From a virus: a DNA stretch of 16,850 nt. The stretch is from the IMG/VR virus record IMGVR_UViG_3300045988_162729; one strand, 5' to 3'. The notes below the pieces were generated by a model. The model worked only from the letters and a program-made list of their open reading frames with translations. It was not told where the DNA came from and did no database searches. Below are positions 13,447 to 16,850 of the stretch, piece after piece (positions within the stretch are counted from its first letter, which is position 1; every line of letters starts with the position of its first letter). A program made the position numbers and the translations under genes.

Positions 13447-15681
13447 ATGGCAAACTCAAACGCTAACTTTACACCGGATTTAGAGCCGTTCACAGGAATA
13501 CAGCCTTTTAGATACTGGTGTCAACACGTTTTACCAATTTCATACGATGATAGTTTAAGCTATTATGAACTTTTATGCAAATTGGTAGAACACATGAATA
13601 CATTTATCGATGATGTAGACGGATTGTTTAAAGATGTTACAAATTTAAGAAATGCATATGTTCAGTTACAGAATTATGTAAATAATTATTTTGACAATTT
13701 GGATGTGACACAGGAAATTTATAACAAATTAGACGAAATGGTAATGGACGGAACATTAACAAATTTAATTCGTCCTATTGTTTCGGCTGTATCACAGCCA
13801 CGAATTGTTGATTCGGTTAACGATATGGTTAATATCACTTATACGTACGTTCTGAGAAGTAATGGACATATTTATCAGTATATTACGAACAAATGGACAG
13901 ATACCGGACTTGTTTATGTTGCTGACGCGACAGGGTTTTTAGGACTTAGAAATATGATTGCATACGATCTAAATAACCTGAATCAGACTGGTATTTATTT
14001 TCACGGAACATCTGACCCAAATGCAAGTAATACTCCAGATGATACTTCATTTAGAGCAGGTAATTTTTTATGCATTGTATATTATCAGAGCGATTATCGT
14101 TTTTATCAGATGTTTTATACATTTAGTGATAATAACTTGTATATAAGACACAAAAAAGGAAGCACTTGGACTAAATGGGAAGCTGTATATCTGATAGGTG
14201 GTTCACTTCCATACAATAATCTAAATAATATTGTTAATTCAGGTACATTTTATCATATTTCTACAGCAGATGCTGCTATTAATACTCCGGATGATAGCGT
14301 GTATGCAAATTCAGCATTTATGATTTGCTGTTATTATAGTTCACAGAATCATCATTATCAGGTTTTCTACTCACACAGCAAAGATAACTCAATGTATGTT
14401 AGACACCAGATTGCAGATGCGTGGAGCACATGGGCAAGTATTAATGTAACGGCTGACGGTTTGCCGTTTAGAAATCTTAATAGTATTGTAAGTTCTGGAA
14501 GCTATTTCCATTTAAGCACAGACGATGCCGCACTTAATACGCCAGATGATAGCGTATATGGAACAGGTGCTTTTATGATTACTTGTTCATATGTTAATAA
14601 TAATCATAACTATCAGGTGTTTTATTCACATAGCAAAGATAACGCAATGTATATCAGACACCAGATTGCAGGAACTTGGACTGACTGGAGTGTTATTAAC
14701 GTAACTTCAGAATCATTACCATTTAGAAATTTGAATAATATCGTTTCGACTGGAAGTTATTTCCATAAAAGCACAGATGAAGCGGCACTTAATACGCCAA
14801 ATGATAGCGTATATGGAACAGCCGCTTTTATGGTAACAACAAATTATTCAAACAATGTACATCAGTACCAAATTTTCTATAGCCACGGAAAAGACAACAG
14901 TTCATATATTAGACATAAGTTAGATGCAGATAACTGGAGCGATTGGGCAACAATTAATGTAACGGCAGGTGTATTACCGTTTAGAGACTTGAATAATATT
15001 ATAAGTTCTGGAAGTTATTTTCATTCAAGTTCTGACGAGGAAGCACTTAATACACCAAATGATGCCTACAGAACATCTGTTTTTATGGTTACGTGCAACT
15101 ATGGTGCTACTACTTACAAGAACTATCAGGTTTTTTATGGATATGGTAATGATAATGCAATGTTTATCAGGCATCAGCAGGGTAATAGTTGGACTGCATG
15201 GAGTGGAATTCAGGTATGCGGTGAATTGCCGTTCAGAGATTTGAATAATATTGTAACAAGCGGAAAGTATGTCCATAGAATGTCAGGAACGGCGGCGGCA
15301 CATACTCCGGGAAGTAATCAGTACGCTAATGCAGATTTCATTGTTGATAGCACTTTTATTGATTATGAACATAATATGCAATTATTTTTTGGTTTAAATG
15401 ATGATTATATTTGGTTCAGATCAAGAATTAGTGAAACGCAGGGTTGGGGAACGTGGAAAAGACTTGCATATGCAGATGAAATTGTAAGTAGTGCCGTACC
15501 GAGTAAACCAGATGAAACTATTCCAAGTGATAGTGATGTACCGAGTAAACCAGATGAAACTATTCCAAGTGATAGTGATGTACCGAGTAAACCAGATGAA
15601 ACTATTCCAAGTGATAGTGATGGAACACAGACTGGAACTATTGTTGATGTTGACAGCGGAATGGGTAATACAGAGGATTAA
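13447..15681 (+). CDS. Tail appendage / receptor-binding protein with six tandem knob-like domains (744 aa)
   Basis: The start is placed at ATG 13447 (RBS aaaggag at 13432-13438), not the ORF-track 13399. The N-terminal LPISYDDSLSYYELLCKLVEHMN is a motif common in Firmicute phage fibre and appendage N-termini. Six repeats of about 84 aa follow, then a 3x14-aa Pro/Asp/Ser linker. It is the last gene of the structural operon, matching the phi29 gp12 position. Confidence 0.85.
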   Translation: MANSNANFTPDLEPFTGIQPFRYWCQHVLPISYDDSLSYYELLCKLVEHMNTFIDDVDGLFKDVTNLRNAYVQLQNYVNNYFDNLDVTQEIYNKLDEMVMDGTLTNLIRPIVSAVSQPRIVDSVNDMVNITYTYVLRSNGHIYQYITNKWTDTGLVYVADATGFLGLRNMIAYDLNNLNQTGIYFHGTSDPNASNTPDDTSFRAGNFLCIVYYQSDYRFYQMFYTFSDNNLYIRHKKGSTWTKWEAVYLIGGSLPYNNLNNIVNSGTFYHISTADAAINTPDDSVYANSAFMICCYYSSQNHHYQVFYSHSKDNSMYVRHQIADAWSTWASINVTADGLPFRNLNSIVSSGSYFHLSTDDAALNTPDDSVYGTGAFMITCSYVNNNHNYQVFYSHSKDNAMYIRHQIAGTWTDWSVINVTSESLPFRNLNNIVSTGSYFHKSTDEAALNTPNDSVYGTAAFMVTTNYSNNVHQYQIFYSHGKDNSSYIRHKLDADNWSDWATINVTAGVLPFRDLNNIISSGSYFHSSSDEEALNTPNDAYRTSVFMVTCNYGATTYKNYQVFYGYGNDNAMFIRHQQGNSWTAWSGIQVCGELPFRDLNNIVTSGKYVHRMSGTAAAHTPGSNQYANADFIVDSTFIDYEHNMQLFFGLNDDYIWFRSRISETQGWGTWKRLAYADEIVSSAVPSKPDETIPSDSDVPSKPDETIPSDSDVPSKPDETIPSDSDGTQTGTIVDVDSGMGNTED
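13957..15480 (+). repeat. Six tandem diverged domain repeats of about 250-258 nt within the appendage gene
   Basis: The repeat units start near 13957, 14206, 14461, 14716, 14974 and 15226. Each encodes LPFR(N/D)LNNIVSSGSYFH..(8-10 aa)..NTP.D......F(M/I)......(about 10 aa).YQ(V/I)FY.....(N/S).Y(I/V)RH.....W..W..I. Confidence 0.85.
15496..15621 (+). repeat. Perfect 3 x 42-bp tandem repeat, in frame (VPSKPDETIPSDSD x3)
   Basis: The unit gtaccgagtaaaccagatgaaactattccaagtgatagtgat occurs at 15496-15537, 15538-15579 and 15580-15621 with no mismatch. Confidence 0.95.
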
Positions 15682-15685
15682 TAAA

Positions 15686-15709
15686 ATGAGGGGCATTAAT
15701 GCCCCTCAT
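15686..15709. terminator. Bidirectional intrinsic terminator between convergent operons
   Basis: Perfect 24-nt palindrome atgaggggcattaatgcccctcat, giving a GC-rich 10-bp stem and a 4-nt loop. It is flanked by an A-run (ataaaa) upstream and a T-run (catttt) downstream. It sits between the + appendage gene and the - gene 15696-15944. Confidence 0.75.
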
Positions 15710-15944
15710 CATTTTGTAATACTTGCTTAATTATATTTAATTCTCTATCACCATACATTATAAACCAAATGTTATATCTATATGACGATATTAAATTTAA
15801 ACCATATAGATTTTCTATAACATCATGAAGTATTCGCATCTTATTATAATAATAATTTTTAAACGTTAGTGTTGAAATATAATTTTCACATTTAAGTAAT
15901 GCATTTGAATATTCATCAAAAATTTTATCTGTCATTTTTACCAT
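15696..15944 (-). CDS. Hypothetical right-end early protein (82 aa, or 79 aa from ATG 15935)
   Basis: Minus-strand ORF and last gene of the leftward unit. The RBS aggaa abuts ATG 15944, so the internal ATG at 15935 (9-nt spacing) may be the true start. I recognise no motif. Confidence 0.6.
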   Translation of the reverse strand: MVKMTDKIFDEYSNALLKCENYISTLTFKNYYYNKMRILHDVIENLYGLNLISSYRYNIWFIMYGDRELNIIKQVLQNDEGH

Positions 15945-16009
15945 TTCCTATGTACGTTATCCCAAAAAATACACCTAACATTATACCAAAAAACATCGAA
16001 ATAATACAT

Positions 16010-16222
16010 TCAACAGCAGTGAACATTATAATCATCCTTTCTTAATTCAATTGATCTTATTAAAATATCGTCTTTTTTAAATAATACAATACAATCTTCC
16101 TTAAATAATAGATTTCTATAATGACCATATACACTTTTCCAAGGGTATTTAAAATTTATTTCAGTAACGGAACGCATTATCAATTCTTTATTTCTATTTG
16201 TTAATAATTCTATTTCGTACAT
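16010..16222 (-). CDS. Hypothetical right-end early protein (70 aa)
   Basis: Minus-strand ORF with RBS aggtga upstream. It overlaps the upstream gene by 13 nt, suggesting translational coupling. I recognise no motif. Confidence 0.65.
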   Translation of the reverse strand: MYEIELLTNRNKELIMRSVTEINFKYPWKSVYGHYRNLLFKEDCIVLFKKDDILIRSIELRKDDYNVHCC

Positions 16223-16506
16223 AATCTTTCACCTAACTTCCAATAATATAATATGTCTCTAGTTAATACTATAGCAAGCATATTTTGAGTCTTAAAAGTA
16301 ACTCTAATGCAAGGCTGAGAATATCTGTCTTTTAATGTAATGATATATTCATTATTATAGATATCAATATATAACTTTCTATTTTCAAGCCACATATCAT
16401 ATACATAAAAAGTTGCTTTTATATCAGATTTTGATAATAAAGTATACTTAAGGTCTAATGTTGCCAAAACTGATTCAACTACATTCATTGCTGTTTTTAA
16501 TATCAT
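16210..16506 (-). CDS. Hypothetical right-end early protein (98 aa)
   Basis: Minus-strand ORF with RBS agaaaggag (complement of 16515-16523). It is the first gene downstream of the right ITR promoter. I recognise no motif. Confidence 0.7.
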   Translation of the reverse strand: MILKTAMNVVESVLATLDLKYTLLSKSDIKATFYVYDMWLENRKLYIDIYNNEYIITLKDRYSQPCIRVTFKTQNMLAIVLTRDILYYWKLGERLCTK

Positions 16507-16524
16507 ATAAGTTCTCTCCTTTCT

Positions 16525-16850
16525 ATTTACCAGTTCCTTTTATGCTTCCATTATACCTCACATTCATATAAATGTCTAATAGTTTCTAACTATACCAAAC
16601 CTCTTGTTATTTAAGCAACACCTGAACAACTATTCATATGTTAAAAATTTAACAATCCATGACTCCACCATCACAACCCAAACTCTTGTTCACCACAACC
16701 AGCCGTTCGATCGCAGCCTCATCACCAACCATACGTTCACCCTCATCCGCACAAAAAATTCGAACACATGTTTGTCTTTGCTTGGCGTACAAAATTGGGG
16801 AAATGTCCGTGTGGGGCGTGCAGGAGTTTCTCAGCGTGATGTGTTCTGTG
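16525..16850. repeat. Right inverted terminal repeat (ITR), 326 bp
   Basis: Exact reverse complement of 1-326. Confidence 0.95.
16550..16578 (-). promoter_or_regulatory. Right early promoter inside the ITR (mirror copy of 273-301)
   Basis: Because it is part of the exact ITR, the same TAGACA-17 nt-TATAAT promoter is present on the minus strand. It points inward at the three leftward genes. Confidence 0.6.

Noticed and set aside
15496-15621. Whether the 42-bp repeats, or the dispersed palindromes, form a CRISPR array
   Set aside because: The 42-bp units are directly adjacent with no spacers and are in frame within a CDS. The 16-bp palindromes are separated by irregular kilobase-scale gene-containing intervals. 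Neither arrangement fits CRISPR architecture.
15025-15730. ORFs at 15025-15276 (-), 15059-15244 (+), 15421-15696 (-) and 15491-15730 (+), which overlap the appendage gene 3' end
   Set aside because: They lie inside the strongly supported appendage CDS. The last two simply read the 42-bp tandem repeat in other frames, giving repeated peptide artefacts.
1-16850. A lysogeny module, defence system, toxin-antitoxin pair or tRNA genes
   Set aside because: I recognise no integrase, recombinase, repressor, nuclease/ATPase defence signature or cloverleaf. Every large ORF is accounted for by replication, packaging, lysis or virion functions.

Overview
The window appears to be a complete linear genome (16,850 bp) of a small phi29-like, protein-primed podovirus. 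Its host is probably a low-GC Firmicute, given about 30% G+C, AGAAAGGAG Shine-Dalgarno sites and sigma-A consensus promoters. Exact 326-bp inverted terminal repeats (ITRs) bound the genome, and each carries an inward-facing early promoter. From the left, the + strand encodes an orphan early protein, a putative terminal protein and a family-B protein-primed DNA polymerase. A structured 230-bp intergenic region follows (a pRNA-like candidate). Next come a phi29 p5-like SSB, a small orphan and a gp16-like packaging ATPase. The long late operon then encodes holin, endolysin (Amidase_5 plus 2x CW_7), tail lysin, scaffold, major capsid, a 135-aa protein, gp9-like tail knob, gp10-like portal, lower collar and a 744-aa receptor-binding appendage. 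Three small orphan early genes are read leftward from the right ITR. I found no integrase, repressor, tRNA or CRISPR array. The most unusual signals are: (1) a 16-bp palindrome, TGTTTCACGTGAAACA, in 7 perfect copies plus 1 near-perfect copy, with one copy ending 16-27 nt upstream of each of six start codons, twice inside coding sequence; (2) a roughly 100-nt RNA-like structure after the polymerase gene with a closed 5'/3' helix and complementary loops; (3) GC-rich, iteron-like outer ITRs; (4) six tandem knob-like domains plus a perfect 3x42-bp repeat in the tail appendage gene. All homology calls rest on motifs recognised by eye, not on database searches.
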